A stretch of DNA of 64,000 nt, taken from the NCBI RefSeq assembly GCF_001194135.2, contig NC_068989.1, positions 38,746,026 to 38,810,025 on the forward strand, read 5' to 3'. The notes under the pieces were generated by a model. The model was given only the letters and a program-made list of their open reading frames with translations. It had not been told where the DNA came from and ran no database searches. The position numbers were made by a program, and so were the translations under genes. Positions within the stretch are counted from its first letter, which is position 1, and the number at the start of each line of letters is the position of its first letter. The stretch comes from Octopus bimaculoides. Lineage: Eukaryota. Positions 26,670 through 39,294 of the stretch are shown one piece after another.

Positions 26670-28149
26670 CAAATATGCACATTTTAGGATTAACTTTCAA
26701 AGGGACATAATATTACCACTTAAAATAAAGTAGTTCTTCAATCCCTGAAGATCTATACTGTGGAACAAAATATCTTTTGGTGGCCACAACATTTCATTAA
26801 GACATATTTGAATGCAAATATTTCCTCTGTTAATGTCTCTCTTTATCTCTCATCTCATCCCTTTGTATCTGTCTTGTTTTGTCTATCCCATTCTTTTTCT
26901 CATACACAAACACCGCACATATACATATAGTATCTCAAATTTAATAGAAGTAGCAATTTAGAATTTTTTCAGTCATGACTTCCCAAAGGACAAAGTAATG
27001 TAGATAAGATTTTTTTAAACTTTGAATTGCAACAACAAAAATCAACATAAAACATGAGCTCATCAGGAGCTTACAACTATGCAAATAGGTTCACTCTTCA
27101 AATGTATTTTCATGCACATTCATCTTCATAGACACACAGAGTTACAAAATTGATTACAAGACAAAAAGTAATACAAACACTTTTGAGCATGGAAATAATT
27201 TTTAAATACCTACAGTACAATATGCATTATTCTCATAGCTATGGTTGATGATAGTTCAAACTATATAAAAGTAAGCTCTCAAATTTAAAGTCAGTTTGAT
27301 CCATACCATGCACAAAACTCTTGGTCCTTGAGTCACATTTTAACTTCTGCCAACTAAAAATAATTAGCTATATGAAATAGCAATCTCTGTACCATATCTA
27401 TTGTATACACACAACTCAAAAGTATGATGATGTAGTTTTTATTGGAAGGATATCTCTTCATATACATGTTTAAAACACAATATACATTAGAATAATGTGA
27501 ATATCAACCCAGCAATGACTCATGAGAATGTCAGATACATTTCAGCCTTTTTTGGGCCTTGTAAATGATGTGTAGTCAGTCACCACATGCCTTGATAAAA
27601 TTTGTTCCTTCCAAAATATAGCAAACAGTAAATAATACATTCACAGATACTGAGTCACTTCTAGGATAACGTTCACTTCATTTTGACATATATTATGTTG
27701 GAAATATATGTCTAGGAAAAAAACTTTTCTCTTAGACAAAAAACCACAGCATTATACCTTTCATTGGTGTATACATATTAAGTATTAGACATGGATGACT
27801 GATTTAATTTAATGCTGCTTTCATTGTGTACAACAAATAATGTGTGCGTGTGTGCACACATGCATGTGATTGTGAATATATATATGTATATATCTCACCA
27901 TAGAAAAGCTGCCTTCTCCTCAGTTTTGTTAAAACTAATTAGAATTTCCTCTAGTTTCTAGGAGAAAGATACTCTAGCATAAAACTTGCAGTCAAAATAG
28001 TACGGTCATCTTGTAATGCTGGTCACTGGAACCTACAATGGTCATTGAAAGAGTTGCAAAAGTGCTGTACAAGTTTTTATCACTTAAATCCAATGACATA
28101 CAGATGTCTCATTAATGTAAAACAGCTATCATCTGACAAGATGAGGCAC

Positions 28150-28508
28150 TCGTCACAAACACACACACACATATTGGGTAAAAGGGTAGAGACCCACCCC
28201 CCTTGGTCATGAATGACCATGAGATTACACCTAGAAAGTTCCCTTCCGAGGCACAAGTCTGGGCAAGGTTGTTTGTGGAAGACCATGCATACCAGCCTTC
28301 CTTCTTCATGCCCCCAATTTTATCCAAGGGAACGGTAAAGGTTGATACAGCTTGGTACAGTGATGCTGCAACTCATTTATACAGCTGAATGAACTGGAAT
28401 GACATGAAATAAAGCATTTTCTCAAGAACATAACATGCAACCTAGTCTAGGAATTGAACTTACAACCTCATGATTATGAGGCAGATGCTCTAACCACTGA
28501 GCCATGTG
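28150..28508 (-). mobile_element. tRNA-derived SINE with conserved central domain
   Basis: Minus starts gcacatggctcagtggttagagcatctgcctcataatcatgaggttgtaagttcaattcc (tRNA-like with A/B boxes), then the core shared with the 2.4 and 52.6 kb copies. Confidence 0.7.
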
Positions 28509-29254
28509 CTTTTTGGGGTTGAAAATGCACCCAAGTCTTAAAATGAGTTGTAGTTTTAAATATTTTGCTGTTCAATGGTTAATAAAAAAAATTTAAGAGA
28601 GACTGAAGGTAGTAGAGAAAATTCAGTAGAACATGCTTAAAGAAATCAAATGCTTAAACAAATTCTAATGTTTAATAAATTTCACAGTGATAGAGAAGAA
28701 TAAATATTCAAATGTTTGGTCATATGTGATTGAGAATTCAGTCATCTTCAAAGAAGGAAGTTATATTAACAATGAGATACCATGAAGTTTTAAAAGGGTA
28801 AAAAAAAAAAAAGATAGAAAGAATATTTAAAAGATTTTGTCATTGTACATAAAGGAGAATTCTTTGTTGTTGGTTTTGTTGGGGAGAACGTGAGTTCTGA
28901 TTGGTTATAAACTCAATGATGTTAATTGTTCTCATCCACCTGTGGCTTTGTCTGTTGGCTGGGTGACTGTGTAAATATGTCATTTGTTTTTTAGATGTTC
29001 TGGTGACATATTTTGGTCTGCTTGGCTGACTTACTGGTAACATCATTTGTTTGCTAACTGCTTTGGTCACTTGTTTTTGATCAATAATAACTCAGTGCTC
29101 TGGCTGGTTGATTTTCTGCATATGTCATTTGGCTATCAAATACTTTGGTTACTTGTTTTTGACTGATGATTGTCCAATGTTCTTTTCCCGAGGGTCCAGT
29201 TTTGACCAGAAAAAAATCTCATTGGTTAAGTCTAGGGTGACATCAAAGTGTTGA

Positions 29255-29440
29255 GAAAGTCTAAGTAAAGAATGATATAGTAGAAAAGAGGCCAAAGTTA
29301 ATAGATCTAAGAAACGCAACTTATGCAGAGGAGAAAGATTGAGCATTCTTTTTAGATTCAAGAATTCCACCACATTACTGAAGTCTAGATCCAAAACTTT
29401 TAACAGGTGCAGACATTTGAACAAGTTTTTTTTTGTGTAG
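29255..29440 (+). mobile_element. Penelope-like element C-terminal (endonuclease tail) fragment
   Basis: Plus frame NRSKKRNLCRGERLSIL...TTLLKSRSKTFNRCRHLNKFFFV* matches the PLE C-terminal pattern CxLCxxEK..LLNxRSE..CRHxNK. Confidence 0.6.
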
Positions 29441-29919
29441 AACTGCAGGACACTGCCCACTTTGGATTGAGTCACTGTCTTGCAGACTTAGACCTCCTTT
29501 CTGTAATATCATTCTACACCAGCTATATCAATTATGATTTTTTACCATCAAAGAGGATGAAGATCTTGGATTTCTTACTTTTCTTTTCTTTCTTCTCATT
29601 CCACTTCTTGTATTAACCTTCTCTGCATTAATTCGTCTCATTTATTCTTATTTTGTCATAGTCGAGAAGCCTGGTTTTAAATACATCTCATATATGAACT
29701 GAACCAGAAAGATTGCTTAGAGATAGATGGCTTGTTTTATAGACCTGCCAATTTAAAGTATTAGTAGGTCTTTTATAATTGTGTATTAAATTGTTTATCT
29801 CATCAAAAAGATGGAATACTTTTTTGTTGAGTTTGCCTATATCGGATCTGTAAACTATATATATGTATGAGTATGTATGTATGTATGATGATGATGATAT
29901 ATATATATATATATATTGG

Positions 29920-29988
29920 ATCAAAACAGTTTGATTCAAACTCCTTGATACTCAGAATGTCAAGGAGTTTGAATCAAACTTTTTTGAT
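29920..29988. repeat. Near-perfect 69-nt inverted repeat (hairpin)
   Basis: 29-bp arms with 1 mismatch (21-bp perfect core agtttgattcaaactccttga / tcaaggagtttgaatcaaact) around an 11-nt loop. Confidence 0.95.
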
Positions 29989-30239
29989 TCATAAATGTAT
30001 TTCCCAACAAATGTTTTGAATGCCCTTCTTTCATCTGTCTACTCACTTGTGTGTGTGTATATATATTTATATATATATATATATATATATAAACACACAT
30101 GCAAGAATGTACATACATATATCACTGTTAAATTATGTTGAACAAATGACAGAATAGTGTTTAAACATGTTTCAGAGTGAACAGCTCTTGAAACTAAATT
30201 TTTGTAAGATGACTTAAGATTCATGCAGCTTCAATTTTG

Positions 30240-30479
30240 CAAGTAATCTGCACTATTTTTATGTTTACATTTTTACATTTACAAGTGTTATTAAGTGTGC
30301 AATTATCTTTATTTCTGAAGTCACATAGGTTGCGTTGTAGGGGATAGTTACTTACTACTGGATTGGTGTATAAAGATGGATTATTAAGCAGTGTATCATG
30401 ATTAATAGGGTTATTATAATTGTTGGTATTATCATTACTATGTTTGGGGTGGTTATTGAGATTGTTATTATTGTTATTA

Positions 30480-30537
<58 letters not shown>

Positions 30538-30873
30538 TATTGATATTGTTATTATTGTTACTTCTATCTAAATAAAATGTATCTAATTTTTTTATTATTT
30601 AGAGAGGAAATAATGCTAGCTAAGTTATGTGTCAGACTATAGCCTATCTTTATTGTTTTACTATCAATAATTTCCGAGTACCTGGTATTCTTATCAAAGT
30701 GTTTATATTTAGTTATGATTATTGATTTGACTAAATTAGTTTTAATTTGCATATCATACGAGAGTATAAGCCAATTACTATTTTTTTTCTCAATGTCCCT
30801 ACCATACGACCCAGTTTTATTGCTGTTAGAATGACGAATGCTATCTTTATGCATATTTGTTTTTATCATCTTG
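30240..30873 (-). mobile_element. Penelope-like element, distal part (RT C-terminus, poly-Asn linker, start of endonuclease)
   Basis: KTNLVKSIIITKYKHFDKNTRYSEIIDSKTIKIGYSLTHNLASIISSLNNKKI (KHF..SYS..N motif), then (AAT)n in frame with LCDFRNKDNCTLNNTC. Confidence 0.75.
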
Positions 30874-31913
30874 TCTATACTATAAATTGCAGTGTTCTTG
30901 ATTGCTTGATTGATTGATTGATTGATTGAGTGTCGGCACATTCACTCAAGAACGGTGCAGTGGAATCAATTGAAATTCAGCACGGAGCGGCAGCATGGTT
31001 CGCTGATGTTCAGGAGATTTTTATTGGCCTCCAACTCCCATAGTTACCGAGATAATCGATTATTACTTTTTAAGATAAGAATATCCCATTCAAAGTGGGG
31101 AGGGGCGATTTTGTTGCCTTTCCCACGCGCGAAATTTTACGAAAACCCAGCACAATAAAGATTATTTTTTTCCAAGTAATGTGGCTGGGTTTGTTTTTCG
31201 AAAATTTTAATCAGAATCACAGAAAAAAAATAATTTCAATTTTTTGTGCATTAAAAAAAAAAAAAGCTATAGCTTACGCTCTTTCTAATTACTATGTTTT
31301 TTTTAACTTCAGTTACAAATGTCTTCAAACGTCGACATTCAAACAGCTTTTCCATATTGAGACAAACNNNNNNNNNNNNNNNNNNNNNNNNNNNNNNNNN
31401 NNNNNNNNNNNNNNNNNNNNNNNNNNNNNNNNNNNNNNNNNNNNNNNNNNNNNNNNNNNNNNNNNNNNNNNNNNNNNNNNNNNNNNNNNNNNNNNNNNNN
31501 NNNNNNNNNNNNNNNNNNNNNNNNNNNNNNNNNNNNNNNNNNNNNNNNNNNNNNNNNNNNNNNNNNNNNNNNNNNNNNNNNNNNNNNNNNNNNNNNNNNN
31601 NNNNNNNNNNNNNNNNNNNNNNNNNNNNNNNNNNNNNNNNNNNNNNNNNNNNNNNNNNNNNNNNNNNNNNNNNNNNNNNNNNNNNNNNNNNNNNNTACAT
31701 GGGGCTATGGGTACACACGTGAAGTTAGTTTTACAATATCGACCCGCAAAATCCTTAGCATCGTATTGTTTTTGGGTTGCTCTTACATTTTTTTTGTTTT
31801 TGGAATTTTTGTTTTTTTATTTTTAGTTCTTTTTATTATTCAAAATATACATAGGAAATAGCCTTTAACCAAACCCACCACACTGCCCGAGTGAAACCTG
31901 GAAAAACAGCTAG
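30874..31913 (+). mobile_element. Non-autonomous Helitron-like element nested in the PLE (contains gap 31,368-31,695)
   Basis: Begins TCTATACTATAAA followed by (GATT)n; ends with a degenerate GC hairpin (cccgagtgaaacctgg) and CTAG|T. More CpG-rich than its flanks, and removing it rejoins the PLE frame. Confidence 0.65.
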
Positions 31914-33627
31914 TTGTCTATGTTATACACGTTAGTCCCTCCATTGGTGCTGCTGCTATTAGGTTTCTGCTTATGATATTTTATTTTGTTGTTGTTGACA
32001 TTATGATTAGTGTTATTGTTGGCATTATTTGTACTACATTTCATTCTCATTGTTTTATTATTATTATTATTGTTATTATAATTGTTGTTGCAATTTATAT
32101 TCTTGTTAATGTTCAGGACGATAGGTTTCTGTACTTTATTGCCTAATTCAGGTAAATTTCTATATTCTTTATTATTACTATTGATGCTATCAATATTATT
32201 ACTAGTCAATATATTATCATATGGAATATATCTAATTCTACTTTTATATCCTGCATTTTTACTGCTTTGTATTGTTCTTTATGTTTATTGAATAAATCTT
32301 CATTAGAAGAGAGATAAGAAATTCTTTTACTAATGCTTTTTATAAGAGCCTTTTTTATCGATTGTGGATGATTACTAATAGAGTGTATACATTTTAAGTT
32401 AGAGTTTGCTTTCATGCTAGGTTCATGGAATCCCGTATTTAAATTACAGTTAATGTCTAGGTAGTTAATTGAATAGTTTTCATTCTCTATAGTGATAGAA
32501 AGGCTAGATCTATTGAAAAATTTGTACACACATTTTTTAAGTAGTTCTAGACGTCTATTAGAGGTATTTCTAATTATACAAAGTCCACCATCACTGTAAA
32601 ATCCCCCTCCAAATTCTGGGAATTCCTTATGTAGGTCATCTAATAGATATATTCCCACTAGGTTAGTCACTTCCGCTTGCCTACATTTTATTATCAAATT
32701 CAGTAATAGATTTTTGGGTTGTGAGGATTACATTGATTTTTTTCATGCTGATCTTAGTGTGGTTTTTAGCAAAAATAAGGGCAGTATTTAAGATAATAGG
32801 GTTTATAGAAGAGTAGTAATTTTGAATATCTCTATGTAAAAGTTTGTTTATCCTTATATTTTATATTAGATAACCAACCTGTTGCATTTTGGGTATTAGT
32901 CCATAATTCAAGTTTAATCTTTTTTCCTAAGGATAGGTATGTACTTATCTAAAATTGCTTTGCTAAGTTTTCCTAAATCTGATTTATTGGGGCAAATTAG
33001 TCTAACCTGGGTGTTACTTAAGAAGTTATCCCTATCGTTCCTAATTGTAAGGCAAAGTATAATAGGTGTAAAAGGTTCTGTTCTATCATCTGTATTGTAA
33101 TCAGTCATAATTTTCTTAGCGTCTGAGTTGATTGTTTTAAGAGTGCTTCTAGGAACTACTTTATATTTTTTTGTGATTTCTCTGTGGATGAGTTCATGGT
33201 AAGTATTTATGTCCATGTTATAAGTGTTTATGGCTTTGTCTGAATGTACTATTATTCTTCTCTTAGATTTTAATTTGAGAATCAGGTTCTTCAGCTTCCT
33301 CTGGTGTTCATTGCACCTAAGGGGTGTTTTTAAAACTTATTGATCTTAAAAGAGGACCTGAGTTCTAGTTCAAATGCATAAGGTAGCTGTTTGGTGGTGG
33401 CGTTCTTCTGGTTCTGAAAATTCCAGTAAAGTCCTTATCACCCATGGTGTTGGTGTTGGGATAAGTTAGTTCATGCTCCCGGTCATAGTAGTAGGCTTTC
33501 CAACGTAGCCTATTGGTGAATTCACTGATTTTAAATATTAGTTAACATAGATGTTCTTAGGAAGGATAGGAATATCCTTTAGGGATGAGTCAATCTGTAT
33601 ATTCTCCATTTTACCAGTAGTATTCAT
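31914..33627 (-). mobile_element. Penelope-like element, N-terminus and RT (decayed)
   Basis: From ATG 33,627: SSLKDIPI..FTNRLRWKAYY; NFLSNTQVRLICPNKSDLGKLSKAILDK; AEVTNLVGIYLL..FYSDGGL (YRDDG decayed); NYLDINCNL..SNHPQSIKK..ISKRISYLSSNE. Confidence 0.9.
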
Positions 33628-34614
33628 TTTAAATACTTATTTATGTTATCTAGTTAAGTAATTACTAAAAAGTAATTTACAAACTAGTAAATAAATAAGA
33701 AATAGACGATGTATATATTATAGATGATGTATCTTCACCCCTTCTTTTTTTATTATCTATCCATCCTATCCCCCACCGTACAAAGGATTTATCCACCAAT
33801 AGCTATTTTTGCTTTAGTCATTTACTTAACATCCCAAAGATACACACAAACAAAATGGTATGATTAGAATCATATTCAACTTTTCTCTATTTCTTCTCTA
33901 TGCTCTTTTTCTTTATTTATTCTTCATGCTGATGAAGCTCCATATTCCAGATTGGTTTTATTACCAAATATGATAAATATTTTTAGTATATCAGTGGCAA
34001 AACCATACAACATTGAAAGCAGAAACAGCTGTTAGATGGGATGCAGTCTATTTGTCTTGAATTAATAAATAATAATTGATGTAAGTCAAATGTTGTTCAT
34101 CAATAATTTCTCCATTTTCTATTTTCTCTATATAGATATATATACACTTGCACATATATATACATATATAAACACACACACGTATATATATACATACTGA
34201 TATATATATATANNNNNNNNNNNNNNNNNNNNNNNNNNNNNNNNNNNNNNNNNNNNNNNNNNNNNNNNNNNNNNNNNNNNNNNNNNNNNNNNNNNNNNNN
34301 NNNNNNNNNNNNNNNNNNNNNNNNNNNNTATATATAAAACATATAGATATATATGTGTGTGCATGTATATATATATATTTGTGTGTGTGTGTTTGTGTTA
34401 GAGGATATTTCTTTTACTAAATGACATCTCTGAACCATAGTCAGAAAGTCTTTACATAGTCATTTTGGTTATTTGTGTATATGGTTCAATATAAATCGCT
34501 GCCACTTAGCTAATCTTTAAAAGCTATATAACTCCTAAATACACACATCCAAATGTATTTATATATGTATATATATATGAATGTAAATATGTGTTAAACT
34601 GGGATCACATAGAC

Positions 34615-34658
<44 letters not shown>

Positions 34659-35196
34659 GAGAGAGAAAGTGAGATTTCTTGAGAGAAATAGATGTATGAT
34701 GGTTTAATGAAGACTAAGTGGTTTCCATTCAAAACTTTGTCTGGTGACAATGCTTCTGCCATTATTTACTTTACTTGTTGAATAGCACAGATTTCTCTCA
34801 TATCACACACACACACACACACTCACACACCTCTACTGAATCTTTCCCACACACTCACACACATTAACTCATACATAATTGCATTAAGCCCGTATGTTTT
34901 ATCCTAATGTTTACTACTGTATTTATAGTTCCATCTCTCATAGCTTAACCTATAAGCACTTAATTGAATACTATGTAATACTAGTACATAATACCAGGAC
35001 CGCCATCAGCATATGCTCATAATCATAATCACCATCGCCATTATCTCCATCATTCAGGTATAGCCAAGGGATATTAGATTAAGCAATTTTGTCTATTCTA
35101 TTTGTTTTGTTGAAAAGTTATGCTAGCAGTAACAGAAATTAGCACTACCTTGAGATATGCTCTATTACTACTTCCTGCACGTGCACATACAAGCTT

Positions 35197-35235
<39 letters not shown>

Positions 35236-35321
35236 TGATTGGGAATGCATGCGTGTGTATGCATGCATGCAAGATCTAGTATTAGAGCATATCCTAAGAT
35301 AAGACTAACTTCTATCATATC

Positions 35322-36088
35322 ATCATCATCATCATCATCATCATTTAACGTCCACCTTTCATGCTGGCATAGGTTGGACGGTTTGACTGAGGACTGGTGA
35401 GCCAGGTGGCTACACCAGCCTCCAATCTGATCTGGCAGAGTTTCTACAGCTGGATGCCCTTCCTAATGCCAACCACTCCGAGAGTGTAGTGGGTGTTTTT
35501 ACATGCCACTGGCATGAGGGCCAGTTAGACAGTACTGGCAATGGCCACGCTCAAATGGTGTTTTTATGTGCCACCTGCACAGAAGCCAGTCCAGCGGCAC
35601 TGGCAATGACCTCACATGAATGTTGTTTTTTGCATGCCACCGGTACAAGTGCCAGTAAGGTCACACCGGTAACGATCATGCTCTAATGGTGCTTTTTATA
35701 TGTCACCAGCATGAGAGCCAGTCAGTGGCCTTGGCAACGATCACCCTCAGATGGTGCTCTTAGTGCTCCACTGGCACGGATGCCAGTCAAACGGTGCTGT
35801 CATTGATTTTGATTTCGATTACGATTTCACTTGCCTCAACAAGCAGAGTGTAGTGTCCAATGAAGTAAAGGTATACATAAGTGGACTGGATACACCGCTG
35901 GCATAGGCCACAGGTTATGGCCTGACTTGGCTTGCCGGGTCTCCTCAAGCACAGCATATTTCCAAAGGTCTCGATCACTAGTCATTGCCTTAGTGAGGCC
36001 TAGTGTTCGAAGGTCGTGTTTCACCACCTCATCCAAGGTCTTCCTGGGTCTACCTCTTCCACAGGTTCCCCCAACCACTAGGGTGTGA
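35322..36088 (-). mobile_element. 5'-truncated RTE LINE: last ORF codons, full 3' UTR and (GAT)n tail
   Basis: VGGTCGRGRPRKTLDEVVKHDLRTLGLTKAMTSDRDLWKYAVLEETRQAK is followed directly by a repeat-containing 3' UTR and the tail. This shows that the short tail copies elsewhere are RTE-derived. Confidence 0.9.
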
Positions 36089-36090
36089 CA

Positions 36091-36126
<36 letters not shown>

Positions 36127-38282
36127 GGGGGGGGGGTGTAAGTCATCATTATCATCATTGTTTTGTATCTGCTTTCTATGCTAGTATGAGTTACTGGTTT
36201 GTTATTGCTCTTCTGGATGGGTCAAAGGATCTCATCTCTGGTGTAAACGTCAGTATGCACCTTCCACTTTTTGTATTCTTTCTTCTTACTGCTGGGTGGC
36301 CTTCCAAACACCAACCACCTTATAAACTACTGGGTGCATTTTATCATTACACCAAAATGTAATGTTGTCATCTCTTCCTGACCCTACATTAGGGGTCAGG
36401 AAGGGTGGTAGGAAAGTGTGAAGTAATGATCGATAGTAAGGTGGGTGAGAATAAATGGTGAGAATGAATGATGAATGACAATACCAAATGCCTTGGCAAG
36501 AATAAGAAAGTACAGGAAAAAATAATGGTAAAGTGTATGAAGTACATGCAAATATGATGAGGTTCCCTATGCATATGGCCTGAAATAGGCAAGAGTGTTA
36601 AGGTGATAAAGATCAGAAGTAAGGAGTTGAATGTTGGAGGGATAAGAAGATTAGCTAGGTCAGGTGCATCTGAAAGTATGGTATGGTGAGTAGCAGAAAT
36701 CCACTGCCAACACCACTATAACAATGTGAAACTGAAATGAAGAAAGAGATGTTAAAAGATGGACAACAAAAGTTTGGGCAAACATGTATTGGGAAAAGAG
36801 AAGACAGCATTAGTATGGAGGAGAATAGCTGTAAATGGAATATGCAGAAGAGGTGACTGAAGAAGATATAGGATGAACTGGGGAAGATAGATATGAAGTT
36901 GTTGTATGGAAATGGATTAAAAAATATAGTCTCTGGACAACAGATAGAAGGCAAATTTTGCTTAAATCAAATAGCTATAGTTATGTTCACACAGATAAAT
37001 TCTTCCTATTTAAATGGAAAATACCATTTATTTAAGATCAACAGCCCAACACCTAACAGAACCATCAGGCAACTTCTTTTAATTTCTCATTTCTTTCAAC
37101 CTTCAAAGCATTTACACTGTACTATATACATAGAACCAATACACTTTGTATATCAACACCATTATTGTACAAAACTGCTACCACTTGATCCATTAGCAAA
37201 TCCTTTTTACCAGTATACACATACATTCACATATATATGGCATTGTGCCTACATAAGAAATACACACACACCTAATCATCCCATTATCATCGTCATCATC
37301 ACTTAACATCCACTTTCCATTGTAGTGTGGGTTGGATTGTTTGACATGAGCTGGTAGACCAGAGGGCTGTGCCATGCTCTATTGTTTGTTTTTTCATGAT
37401 TTCTACAGTTGGATACCCTTCCTCATGTCATACCCTTTATAGGGTGTCTAGTTGGAATTTTTATGCCCCCAGTACTGGTTGAGTCACCTAGTAACCTGCA
37501 AGACAAAGTTCCCTTGACTTGGACCAGTTAGTATTTAGGGAGGTGGCTCTGTGCTAGTTGATGAGAAGCTAAAAGAATAATTGTGGGATAAAGATAGGTG
37601 TTTTGCTGTGGAAGAGATACAGTTACAATCCAGTTTAAAAAACAAAGGAGAAAGATTTAGAAGAAAAGATAGAAACAGAGAGTGAGAGAGGTGATAGTTG
37701 ATATTTGTCAGACATATTTTCAAGGTATAGTGGATGGGGACTGAATATAGGTGAAGTGATACAGAGGATTGGACTGGGCAAGTGAGCAACCCTTGGACAA
37801 AGAGGAAAGTTTCATAAGAATGTGAGGAGAGATGGTTAGAAATGGGATAGAGGTGACTGTGGTAATTGATGGTGAGAGATATAGGAGTGGCTTAAGGGAT
37901 GGATTATGTTAGGTATTTGAGGTCGTTGGGAGTGATAGCAGATAAGAGGCTTTAAGGATGAAGTATAGTAAAAGGAAGAGGGCATGACTTGAGGAAGATA
38001 ATGAGGAATAGTAGTGGTTCTGTTCAGGTATGAGGCCACAAATATGATGAAAGGTAGCAGTCAATTATATTATCATCATCATCATTTAATGTCCACTTTC
38101 GATGCTGGCAAAGGCTGGATGGCTTGACATGAAGCTGACCAGCTGGGCTTCAATCATCTATTTTGGCAGGTTTTCTAAGCTGGATGCCCTTCCTAATGCC
38201 AACCACTTAACAGAGTATGCTGGGTACTTTTTACATACCGCTGGCTTGATATAATAAATTTATATATGTGTAATGTATTTAT

Positions 38283-38334
<52 letters not shown>

Positions 38335-38337
38335 GTA

Positions 38338-38705
38338 TAGGTGCAAGCATAGATGTGTGGTTAAGAAGTCACTTTCTAGCCATATAATTTGCCCAAGGTA
38401 CCATTGCTTGATACCTTGGGCAAATTCTTTCTACTGAACCAACCAAAACCATGACAATTTGAGAGATGAAACTGAGAGCCCATAAGCGTGTGTTTGAGTT
38501 TCCTTGTCTTGATATGTGATAATTGCAAGCAAGTAATACCACCATACAGTCGATACGATTCATTTCCAACCTTCCTTGAAAATATATCTGGCCACGGAGA
38601 AGTATATTCTTGCTTGGAAACAGATGAGATTTGGCAAAAGGGAAAACTATTTGGCTATAGGAGATCTGCCTCAATGAATTCCACCTGATACATGCAGGCA
38701 AGTAT
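38338..38705 (+). mobile_element. tRNA-derived SINE with RTE-like 3' end
   Basis: ggtgcaagcatagatgtgtggttaagaag head, the common SINE body, then a 3' part shared with 21,180-21,360 and 25,750-25,880. Confidence 0.6.
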
Positions 38706-38761
38706 AAGTGGATATCAAAATGTTAATGGCGCATGTGTGCATGCACACACACACACACACA

Positions 38762-39263
38762 CGAACCCGTGCCAACGTCGTCTCCTTCAATGGACACGAA
38801 ACTCAGCTTGCGAAGTCTTATTGGGGCAAGCGAAAGCGAAATCGGGATAGCACCTGTGCCCAGCGTCACCTTTCTGGCACTTGTGCCCGTGACACACGTA
38901 AGGATTTTTGAGCGAGATCGTTGCCAGTGCCCCTGGATGGGCTCTTGTGCGGGTGGCACATAAAATATTCCATTTTGAGCGTGGCCGTTGCCAGTACCGC
39001 CTGACTGGCCTTCGTAGGACTTTCGAGCGAGATCGTTGCCAGTGCCCCTGGACTGGCTCTTGTGCGGGTGGCACATAAAATGCACCATTTTGAGCATGGC
39101 CGTTGCCAGGACCACCTAACTGGCCTTCGTGGTTGGCGTTAGGAAGGGCATCCAGCTGTAGAAACTCTGCCAAATCAGATTGGAGCCTGGTGTAGCCATC
39201 CGGTTGTACCAGTCCTCAGTCAAATCGTCCAACCCATGCTAGCATGGAAAGCGGACATTAAAC

Positions 39264-39293
<30 letters not shown>
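38762..39293 (+). mobile_element. Young RTE 3'-UTR copy with an internal ~115-bp tandem duplication and (GAT)n tail
   Basis: Homologous to the 35.3-35.9 kb UTR; units at 38,900-39,015 and 39,016-39,130; CpGs largely retained. Confidence 0.85.
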
Positions 39294-39294
<1 letters not shown>

